In this document: positions 11,801 to 23,800 of the stretch, in pieces
Layout of the letters: every line of letters begins with the position of its first letter
How positions within the stretch are numbered: position 1 is the first letter of the stretch
NCBI GenBank assembly: GCA_000934665.2
Contig: JYFJ02002527.1
Coordinates: 1 to 55,361, forward strand
Length of the DNA: 55,361 nt
Source of the DNA: Catajapyx aquilonaris
Taxonomy: Eukaryota
Direction: 5' to 3'
The notes under the pieces: model-generated
Seen by the model: the letters and a program-made list of their open reading frames with translations, nothing else
Told to the model about the DNA's origin: nothing
Database searches by the model: none
Translations under genes and position numbers: made by a program

Positions 11801-14800
11801 TTCTGTACATTCCAATATATTGCTTCTTGTGAGCCTTTGGCACTTTAAAAGAATCATAGTCTGATCAGACATCCAGTCAGTGGCGGATCTATGGGTGGGG
11901 GGGAACAGAAAATAATTGAATTTTACTTGCTTTTATCCGATGTGCTTACAGAGTTTTAAAATTTTTTCGCCTGTGGCGGGCTTATTCGGTTTGGGGGGGG
12001 GGGGGGGGGGGGGNNNGGGGGGGGAGCGCAGCGACAATCCCCCCCCAACAACGACGTCTAGATCCGCCACTGCATCCAATGGTTCCACCCACATGGAGAA
12101 CACCTGTTATTGCCTCCCACATGGTGCATCTACCAGGAGTATTGTCCTTCCTCAATGAAGTTCGCCCACCCCAAAAAAGTGGAGTGTTAGGGTAATTAAC
12201 AAAATGTGATAAAAAATCTGTTAAGATTATCTGGACTTTAGGATGGCTTATTAAGAATCATCACAATGGAGTTAGGCTGACACCAAAGTTGGAGTTGATT
12301 TGACAGTTAAAAACTGAAATAAATATGATTACACCATGGACAGTGAATTTCTGCGTGGTCTGGTAAAAAATGCTGCCATTATGTTTATATCTTACTTAGC
12401 AGGACATTAATTTTAATAATGAACCTGAGGGGCCATGCAAACCCAAAGACAACATTAAAACTGAGTACAAAACATATACCACACAATTTTAAAACTTTTA
12501 TGGCTTGTAGACTTTTTCTGAAATTGCTGCACGTTGGTGTACAACATTTAACGGTGTTATTTATAAATACTGTAAATATAAATGTGATGGCAGGATCTAT
12601 TTAGACCTCAGTCCAATGTGCTACGATAAAAAATTTCAATTCAATTAATGTGAAATGGTTTTTAAAATGCACAGAAAATTCGACATCTGCTAGCCATGAT
12701 ACACATTTTAAAATTCCGTGGTGGTTTTTTTGTAATTAATAGTTTTAATATTGTCTTCGGGTTTGTGTGGCCCCTTAGGTTCATCATGAAAATTAATGCC
12801 CTGCTAAGTAGTGGCAGTCATTTTTACAAGACCCAGAAATTCACTGTCCAAGGTGTAATAATATTTATTTCAGTTGTTAACTGTCAGATCAACTTCACCG
12901 TTTGTGTCCTCCTAACTCCATATTTACGTTTCATAATTATCAATTCTAAAGTCCAGATAATCTTAATGGTGAGTTGATATCACATTTTATTTTTTATCCC
13001 CACCACTCCAGATTCTGGGGGGAGCGAACTACACTGGAGTTGGGCAAGTACAGTGTTGGACATTAATCAAGGCATGCTGCTAGTGACATTTTCCGAAGCA
13101 GCAGAAGAAGGAATCGAAGATAAGGATAGTGCAAGCCCGGCGAGCAAGATTCCTTCTTCTGCCGCTTCGGAAAATGTTGCTAGCAGCATGCCACGATTAA
13201 TGTCACTGTACGACTGAAGATATTACACTGTGTAACTCAAGCACTGTTTATCATTTCCCTGCAAACAGGGCTTCAAGTGAAATGTCTGTAGTGATTAGCG
13301 TTTTTTTGGCACTAAGCTGGGCTTATTTTAAGCAGCTACTTTCAATAATAATTACTTTTGGTGGTTATCAAGTGTTAGCTGCTAATATTATCATAATTGA
13401 ATCTGTTATCAACTTTTTGAATTTCAATTTTCAGTCAGGAATGTCCCATTAGATTAATAGGCATCAAATGTCAGTGATTTAACCCATTTTTGTGTCAGAC
13501 CCCATTGCAGGCATTTAAAGGAAAGTCCCCCACAATCAAGTGGCTAATACGTTTGATGTTCATTAAAAGTAACTACTGAAAAGCAACAGTTTCTAAATTA
13601 GCAGTTGGTGCCAAAATATCACTAACCACTAGACCAATGGTTCCCAACCTGTGGGTCGCGACCCCCGTTCTGGAGAGTTGCGGGCCCCGTGTTTTTAAAA
13701 TTCTTATCTTTTACAAACATTCAACTGCAAATTATGCAGTTGTTTGCCTAATGCAAGTGCAACTATCTCATTAAATGTTGGATTAATTATGTATTATGTT
13801 ATGAAAATATTTTATTTACTTTACCCGATAAAAATGGCCTTTAAAGCAAATGTGTGTGTGGGAGGGGGGGGGGGGGGGTCGCAGGTTACCGGGCTATTAT
13901 AAAAGGGGGTCGTGACCCGAGAGAGGTTGGGAACCACTGCTCTAGACAGTTGATGTGGAAAACATGGTATTTTGAAGAATGCTTTTTTTTCTGTAGCTGT
14001 ACTACGTTCACTGTGAGGGATTGTCAGCAGACACAGTTGCTTTCTACTTGGTTTCTGAGCAAACACAAAAATCTTGCTTGTGGGAAAATTATTGAATCAT
14101 CTTATATCTGGCCTTATTTCATTGGAGAATTTGCTTATGTGCATTCAGATGTCCTTGAACTGCAAAACTGCTGAGCACATTATGGACTGAGACAGACACA
14201 GTAGCTCAATGTAGCATGTGGATTATTATCAACATAGGGTATGAATTGTGTGGGTAACTTAAGCTGATTACCGATGCTCACAAGGGAAGTGTAAGTGTTG
14301 TCCGTGGAGTTTCTGAATGAAACTTGGGACAATAATATAGGCAGGTAAGTTATTAAAGAAAATGCGAACAATTTAGGCGGATGCCCACAAGGTCAAAAGT
14401 TATGCCCTCTCGAACTCACAAGGGACACTTTCCAAGGTCTCACCGATTTTCTTGAAATTCGGTACATTGGTAGGCCACCCCAAGGGATGAAAAACGCACA
14501 TAAAGTGACCTGCTCAAAATGACCCGGTGACCCCTTTTTGGGGGCTACCAATGCACCGAATTTCAAGAAAATGGGTGAGTTTTCGGCATTTAAGAGTTGA
14601 CCTCTGCCCTTTTGAGCAGGTCACTTACAGTGCGTTTTTCATCCCTTGGGGTGGCCTACCAATATACCAAATTTCAAGAAAATCGGTGAGACCTTGCAAA
14701 GTGTCCCTTGTGAGTTCGAGAGGTCATAACTTCTGACCTTGTGGGCATCCGCCTAAATTGTTTGCATTTTCTTTAATAACTTACCTGCCTATATTATTGT

Positions 14801-17800
14801 CCCAAGTTTCATTCAGAAACTCCACGGACAACACTTACACTTCATTGTCAGATATGAGCTAGGAAGGAAATGAGGATTGTTAGAGAGAGTGGAATTTGGG
14901 AGCTTCTTTGAATTTAAATTGATTGCATATCCTCTTGCAGTATCTGGGCAATAAGGACGGTCGTCTAGTAAGTTGAGAATTTGATTATTCACTCTATATG
15001 CACATTACCTTGTTACTATTGGTCCAATTCCATTGTAGTCTTAATTTGTTTGTTTCATTTGCTTTCAAATACATGCGTAGTCACTTCCTCATGCAGCCAA
15101 CTTTATGCAGAAAACTCGATGCATGCAATGGACTGTCACTTCCAGCCAGTGAATTAACTGGCTCTTGCTCTTCCATACCCACATCAATCTTTAAAGGGGG
15201 TCTTTAGACAGGCAATTTGTTCGAGTCAAGATGAAGACTCCTACCCTCAAGATCGTATGGCCACAAAATGTATTCTGGGTCTGATTCACTGCTTGGTCTT
15301 TACATCCTTTTGTGGGGTCAATACCCAAGTAAGCCTGCTAGAAGATTGTGATTATTTACCTCACACTAAAGCGTTTGTTGGAAGTAACATTTCTGCAACA
15401 ATGTTACTTTGACACAGAGGTAACCAGACTACATTTAGTCACCATCTGGGAACTGACCCTCACTGCAATATCTGCCACTTCACACTCTTATACATCATGT
15501 GAACCTTTTCCTCATTGGGCCCTGTATGATTCCAAGGTTACTATTAACAGTATTTAAAAAAAATTCCACCAAAGATATCCTGGCATTAACCTCTACAGTC
15601 CTGGAAGACCCATTTGGGCTCGAGTATTTCGTTTCTTGTAGGGTCCTTATCTCTTGCCACGAAAACCAGTTTTTAATCTAGAGGCCTCCTGAGTTTCCCC
15701 CCCTTCCTCCCAACCCCCCAGACCAAGTGTGACGCGATTGGCTGGGAGTATACGAGTCCACGAGAAAAGTAGAACCTGTCCAACTTTCCTCGCGGAGTCG
15801 TGGGCTTCCGGCCAATCGCGTCACACTGAGTCTGGGGGGTTGGGAGTTGGGAGGAAGGGGGAAAACCCTGGAGGCCCTGTGCACGAGGGCCTACGAGCGG
15901 CTTGTGACCGAGAAAAACTTGCTTGTGTGGACGGGCCTTAAATAAGCCATGTAGGGAAGTAGCTTGGTAAGGGAATTTCGACCTTATTGAGTCAGCATGT
16001 TGGAAATGCCCCTGAGGGAAAAGGTTAAGCCCACAGTATTAGAAGAATAGGTCGGGACACTTGCCGCCATCTTGCGTGCCGTTAACCCTTCCCGCATTGG
16101 CACTAGTATATCTGCAATGGAATCATGCTGTGGAACTCACTACGCCATAGCGACTAGCAACCCTGACGGTACAACTCTGCATTAACACCTAGCTACTGAT
16201 TCAAGATGCATAGTTGTACAGTCAGTCACTAGTCGCTATGGCGCAGCGAGTTGCACAGTGAGATTCCATTGCAGATGTACTAGCGCCAATGGGGGAGGAG
16301 ATAACGGCACAGCTTTTTCTATTGGCCTCGGATAGAAGTGTCGTGGTTGGTTAAGCCATGTTTACATGCAAGCGATTTATCAGCGATGTTCCAGTGATGA
16401 CATCGCTGCGCAATGAGACCAATTGTTTGGGACTGAAATATATTATTACCATGATAGTTAATTTTGCTCTCCGATTTCATCGCTGATAAATCGCTTGCAT
16501 GTAAACACGGCTTTATACGATCACGAGTGGTTTACCAAGATGAAGGGTTTTTTCACATGACACATTGCCTCTGATATATAAACAGGTTCAATGAAATGCA
16601 GTGTAATTTTACACAAGTCACCAGTGCGTACTAGTCACACAGTAGTATTGCCCTTCAACCCTGACAATTAGCCATGAAGGAGTGAATGCTTTATTTCAAT
16701 GGGACCAAGGCCAACTTTGGTTCAGCAGCAGTATTCCATCGGGCTGATCTGTAGTTCACGACAAAGTGGCAGGAGTCGGGGTGGAGGCTGGGGTGCGGTT
16801 AAGAGTGTGTCCGAATGGGTGGGTGTAGCTGTATGGCTTTTGATGATCGCCCCAGCACTGTTGCTCTTTGTGGCCCTGCCAGGCATGGTTTGTCCATTAG
16901 CCCAATTAACTTGGGGCTGGGCACATTTTCTGGGTTATGTAACCACAAAAGTTAGTGTACGTTTTGTGATGCCGCAGGCCAACGAACGTTATTGTGTCTT
17001 TGCCATGGCAAGATGCACTAGAGTGTTACATGCATTCAGTTGCACCCTCTCAAGCAGAAGGAGCCATTGTTATAGAGAAGTCGCATACTACATGATTATC
17101 TTCCCCATCCGGTTCCCAGATTGAACAGGCAATACCTTGATGGCTGACTTTCACGAGGATTGCATTATTTTCTACTATTTGCTGGAATCCTCAGTGAAAG
17201 TGTAATTATGTCTGTGGGCAGGAAGAGCTGTCATGGTCCATATGTCCGTTTTTTTTTACAAGAGCCAAAGATGTTTTATGCATTTGTGCAAGTTTTACAC
17301 CTCAGGAGAAATGCTAGCATTAACCTATGACACTTTGATCATTCAAATACCTATAAGCAACAAGGAGGCAACAGTGCATCACCTTGATCTGACATTGTGC
17401 TGAGATTCTGGTTATATTATTCCCTTTGGTGGGAAAAATACAAAAGAGTCACGGGGGAGGAAAGGGTACTTCTTTCTATTCATGCCAAAGGATCTGTTCC
17501 AGGATCGATTTTGTCCTTGGAGACAGTAATTGTTAGGGAAAATTGTTAATGAAAACACATTTGCATCACAAAACTTGCGAATAGTACTATTAATCCTGGC
17601 ACCTAAGGATTTGTCACATTCAGTAGCCATTGACAGGGCTGTTAGTAATACTCTAATATTGCATCTTGTTTTTAAAATTATGAATGCAATATCACACAAT
17701 TTTATCCTAGTTGCCTTGTGTGTGTCATTTCCCCTTTTTCCTGATCAAAAACACCTTACCTTTTCTGTTGCACAGCACCACAGTAGAGAGGTTAGAATGC

Positions 17801-20800
17801 AAGAAACAAGTCAATAAATTCACATTTGAAAACTAACTGAATGATCTGGCAAGGTAGAACCAGAGAATGTGGTTGTACCTTGAACTCGACAAGCTCGAAA
17901 TTCACATGGGTAAAAGAAAACACAATAAAGAACTTATGACTTATGAACTTGTAGTGAAACAATGCACACCTAGATATTTATGTATTTCTTTCTCCAACCA
18001 CAGGACCCAGCCGATTCAAAGAAGCGCAGCAGTGCCACTGGTGATTCACAGGACTCAGTTCTCTCATCTACCTCACGCTGTCAGGGTGATCCAAAACCAG
18101 GTGAGTTAAATGATGAGTGCCTGTTAAACAACTACTCCAGGGAAAAAAAACAGTTGCAGGATCACATATTAATGTCAACCAGTAATATTTCTTTCATTTC
18201 CACTTATGTCAGATCCACATTGCTTGATGAAATATCTGGCATAACAATTGTGAAGTAAGGTTTGCAAGAGCTTGGGGCTTAAGATCTTATTATATTTTGT
18301 GACCATAGCAGAATATTTAATGAGCATGTTAAGGATGGCCATGTAATGCTGTTGCAGCAGTGAAATATTATTTGTTATTTTTTACGACAGACCTAAATAC
18401 AGGGTGTTTCACTAGGTGGTCCCTCCAAAGAATCCGCTACATTTTTCTTCCTGCTCTACCTAGAAACAGGATTTTTGGTTTAACACTTTCCTTAGTTCAT
18501 TGGAATGTAGGACCATTTGCAATAAATGCTAGAATTGACGTTCACTGACCACCATACACATGTGTGCGACGCGAATCTCCTTATTTTCCTGGGTCCTCTG
18601 CAATATATTGATGTCAAGAGTCCGGGTTTCTGTACTGAGTGTTTGGACCAATACTGTGGCAGATGACCTCATGTTTCTAGGTAGAGCAGGAAGAGAAATA
18701 GAGCTGGTTCTTTGGGGGGAGGGGGGACTACCTAGTGAAACACCCTGTATTTTCCATGCAAAGTAACATGGTTTCTGCATGGCCTTTTTTGGTTGTATTG
18801 ACATTAGAAGAAGTTAAAGTTTTCTGAGTGCAGGGTGGGTGACAAACAAGGCAAATGAAGGCCCCCTCCCCCCTCACACACTAACACACACACACAAACC
18901 TGTTGACATTGACTTTCCACACACAATGGTGACACATCCTGAATGTACCATAACCAAAACTGAATGATATAATACTATTTATAGTTTTAAATAGGAGTAG
19001 TTGTCAACAACTGTGCACTTAGAGAGAGCACCCTTCATGGCTGAGCACCACCTTTCCTTGCAATGGGCATTGCAAGTGTCACTGAGGGGTTAGCCATAAT
19101 AGGCACAGTGCAGTGGTCAGTTTGGTTTCCCTCGGTTATTCCTGTGCTTGCTATTTCCCAGTCAAATTCATATTCCATAAGAGGGTAGGACCATACACAG
19201 CTGTTGATGCGGGTTTCAAGGAATGTTGCACAGTAGGAGTCAGAAATTGCCAAAATTTTTGGCATTTCAAACTGCTCTTGTTGATCCCTTCAAATTAACA
19301 CCATACTACATAGTTAATATCCAATACGACAAAGCTGCCCAGAAATGCAGATCAGCCCCAGTAACTGACATTGAGAACAATGATATAGTAGTATACAGGG
19401 TGTTTCAGAGTCACGGGCCAAGCGCATGCGAGGGGGTGGGGAAAAATGGTAGGTGGCGACAACCCGGTCGGTTTTATAAAACAATTAGAAATACGGCAGT
19501 AATCAATTTATTTATTACGGCCGTACGGCGTGACGTGACATCCTTTCTGTATTCGAATTGACCCCAGGCGGACTGGCAAATGCAAGGCAAATGCTTTCGG
19601 TTGAAGCTGGTTGAATGGGTTTTTAGCCTGACGGGTTGCACTGAAAAAGGCCCTCTCATGCTACACCGGCAGGGTACTGAACACACCACTGTACAGTAGG
19701 GTACACTATGTTGTACAGTACCCTGCCGGCAGCATAGCATGAGAGCGCCTTTTTCAGTGCAACCCACAAAGCTGTGAACCCGTTCATCCAGGTTCAACCG
19801 AAAGCATTTGCCTTACATTTGCCAGTCCGCGGGGGTCAATTCGAATACAGAAAGGATATGACGTCACGCCGTAGGCCATAATAAATAAATTTATTACTGC
19901 CGTATTTCTAATTGTTTTATAAAACCGACCGGGGTTGTCACCACCTACGATTTTTCCCCACCCCCTCGCGTGCACTTGACCCGTGACTCTGAAACACCCT
20001 GTATAGTAGTAATAATGTAATATTTATATACTGAGGTCACATTTTGAAATTCCTATTTTCTGTAGGGCAATTGCAAATCCACAAGGATTTTCCCCCCCTT
20101 AATTCTATTGTATTTAGGCAGCAGGCTAATCTTGTGAAGAACATCTTAGTTTGGTTTTTATCCCAGACATAGAGGACAGATGTAGTAAATTTACTTGACC
20201 TACCATCTGTTATTAGCCTGTTGAGGGCGACGATCATCATATGATGGCCGAGCATGACTTGCCCCAGGGCCTACGACCATCATAAGCATGATGGTTTGCT
20301 ACTTGCACGCTCATTTGTTCGCATAAAAAAAGGTGCCAATGACTTTTAAGCTACTCTTGCCATGCCATCTCGTGGTTGGTAGTTCAACAATCACACACTG
20401 CTTGATTGGCTTGAATCAGCGACATGGTCATAGAATACTAAGGTCTGGACACTCCCACCTACCCCCTGCCGGGGCGTTTTGCAGGAGGTGCTCACCTGAG
20501 AGCACCATGAGACCTTTCACGGAGCATTTATGTGGCGACCCTACCGGACTACGCTGAACTTTATAGAACTCAGGCCATGGGTATTGCACTTGAAAAGAAA
20601 ACCCAGTACTCAACAGGGTAACCTTACCATAAGCTCAGAACATTCTATTTTCAACCCTTTTTAGGACTTTGCAGTAGGGAACCCCAAACGGAAAGTACCA
20701 TATTTACTCGAAACCTAGTCGTACCCCTCGTTTTAAGTAGTCAACTTTTAGAAAAATATTCGTGCTTTGTAGCCTACCTATTGTAAGGGGCACCCTACTT

Positions 20801-23800
20801 TTTTCCATATTTTTCTAGCCAAAATGTGCGTCTTAGATTCGAGTTAATAGAGTATTTAAGACTGTTTCCTAATTAACGCAAGTTCTTTGCCTCCATTAAT
20901 TAATACACCATATTTACTTGGAACGTAAGTTGTCCCCAAATATAAGTCACCCTCTTAGTTTTAAGTAGTCAATTGTTAGTTATGGAATAATGCCTGTACC
21001 TGATTCTAAAGGCCCATACACACAGGTGGTCGATGGTTTTGGTTTTTGGTCGCGTTGACGCCATGGACCAATCATGACTCATGTAAACAAGCTCAACACT
21101 TGTGTTGCGCTTGTTAATTGGTCCGCTGCGTCAACGCAACCAAAGACCTAAACCGTCGACCGCCTGTGTGTATGTACACCTCATTTTTTTTTCTGTGTTA
21201 TTTCAAGACAAAAAGTGTGTCAAGATTACAATTTTGATTAACCCCTTCGCTACCAGCTAGACTGAAAACGCCTAGATATGAGCTTACACCTACTCTGAAG
21301 ATATTTTGAAGATATTTTACAAATAATAACAGCTATATTTACCCATTCATGGAAAACACTATTAATGTGTTGCGAACAATTTTACTCCTAGAAGTCCCTA
21401 AATTAATTTCCAAAAAGACAGTCTTAAAAACTCGAAATTAGAGTACTACCAGCCAACTGTTAGGCTGATTTAACTATAAAATACAGTCAAATATACAGAA
21501 CAACAACTTTGAGAATCGTGCCAGACAAATTTGCTGAAGTCGTCATCCTTTGTGAGAAATAAATTAATACTTATTTGCGGCTTTTTGACACTTCGCGAGA
21601 AGTAAATCCATTTGGGAGTTTTCCGAAGTGTCAGAAGGCCGCAAATAAGTGTTAATTTGTTTCTCGCAAAGTACGACGATTTCAGCAAATTCATCTGGCA
21701 AGGTTCTGACGGTAGATGCCCCGTATGTTTTAACGTATTTCATTATTAAATCAGCCTAACAGTTGGGTGGCAGTACTCTAATTTCGAGTTTTGAAGGCAG
21801 TCTTTTTTGGAAATATATTAATTTAGGGACTTCTGGAGGAGGAAACTGGTTCGCAACACATTAATAGTGTTTTCCATGAATGGGTAGATATTGCTGTTGT
21901 TATAAGTAAAAGATCTTGTCTTCATTTTCAGGGCAGGCGTAAGCTAAAATGTAGGCATTTTCAGTCTAGCTGGTAGTGAAGGGGTTAAACAGGGTAATTT
22001 GTGATTGGAAATTCACCAACTACGTACCTGAATTGTTTCAAAATTTTAGTGCAAGAGCAGAATTTTAAATTAAATGAAACTGTGGGGAAGAGGAGAGGCA
22101 GTGCATTTTTCAGGGCACTATGATAAAAGTATGCCACAGTTGCAACTGTTAAGAAGAAAAGGACATCGCACAAAATGTATGGGCTAGTGGCCTTCTGTTC
22201 GATTTGCCTGAAAATTGGCTATGTTGTAGCCCAGACCGTCCTGATCAATGTAAGACGGGGACATTTCGAGGTAGGGAGCATGCTAATGACCTCCGAAGGT
22301 CATATGGGATATGGTCTGGTTTTCCGTTCGATTTGCCTGAAAATGGGATATGTTGCAGTCCAGACCATCCTGATCAATATTGGATAGGAACATTTTAAGG
22401 TAGGACCTACAGGGAGCGTCCTAATGACCTCCGAAGGTAATGGGGGAGTAGTAGACTACAATAACCTTGTCTCCAGGAACTCAATGGTTATTGCATTAAA
22501 TGATCTATTAATCTTTATTACCTATTCATGTGGTTCAAATTCTACTCCTTGAAGGTTGTCATCTGGAGTTTCCTGCAGCTGCACTTGAACATTCATTGGG
22601 TCAATGTAACGAAGGTTTCTCTCACAGCAGTCTTCTATGGTATTGAGTAGCCTCTTCGATGAATAGCGATTAGCATGTTCCCTGTAGGTCCTACCTCGAA
22701 ATGTCCCTATCCAACATTGATCAGGACGGTCTGGGCTACAACACATGCAATTTTCAGGCAAATCGAATAGAAGGCCACTTGCCCATACCTTCTGTGCGAA
22801 AACTGTGCATCCCTTTTTTTCAAGTTGAAAATTCCACCTTAAAATTTGTCTTCTTAAAGTGTGGGGTACGCCTCCCTAGGGGAGGTGTGAGTTGCCTCAC
22901 AAATAGAAATAATTTTAACTATTTAATTTTATGTACACAAAATTCTGGAATGCCCATGGACGGGGAACTATGTCGCGATAGAGTAGTAGTAACTTCTGTC
23001 CTCAAGGCCGGAAACATGGGAGGTGTGGGTCATAATATCTTTCCCAAGGGAAGTGTGACAGCAAAAAGTTTAAGCACTGCCTGAAAAGATAAAGCGGTAT
23101 CCAATTGAATTGTGTTAGATGTTGGTGCCATTTTGAGAGTTACACAGAAACTTACAAGGAGAGAGTAGATATGGCAAGGTAGTCCAGATCTCATGTAATG
23201 TCAACATGGAAAATGCATATAGGATTTTCACAAAGGCATTACTTGGCCCCAATGTGCATTTCAATGTGCTTGTGGGAGCAGGTGTGCGACAGTTGTATCA
23301 GTTTTGTACCAGGAAGAAGTACAAATTTGCTTGTCTGCCCAGAGAAAGAGAGGATATTCTATTGATTAAAACATCCATGCTGGAATCTTGGCATATTTAA
23401 TGTCCATTGAAATTAAGCAAGTAGACGAAGTCACACTTGTTGATTTTCAGCACTGCAATGTTTTGCAACTGATTTTTCTCCCCCAAGACTTGACTAGATC
23501 CTAATGTATAAATATTACCAAGCACTGCAGCAACATTAGCATCCACACTCCACAGATGGAAAACTCTGAGATATTACTTTATCAAGCTTCTTGAGAAGAT
23601 TGTTGCATTTAGACATGCATTGATATACAGGCATTTTGTGTTTCACTGGACATTTGAAGTCAAAAAAACTTAGTTTTATTTTTTCATATAATAATAGGAA
23701 CACTCAATAAAATTTATTCACATCCCTGCCAAAAGTGATCCTGCAACAGATCTTTGAATAATTGTGTTGCCGAGTTCAAATAAATAATGTCAACTTGGCC

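Noticed and set aside
11993..12025. Long poly-G run as a G-quadruplex element
   Set aside because: It contains Ns and lies inside a hAT MITE, so its length is unreliable.
22178..22440. Direct repeats as a possible CRISPR-like array
   Set aside because: Only two long diverged units, no unique spacers, and a eukaryotic intron context.
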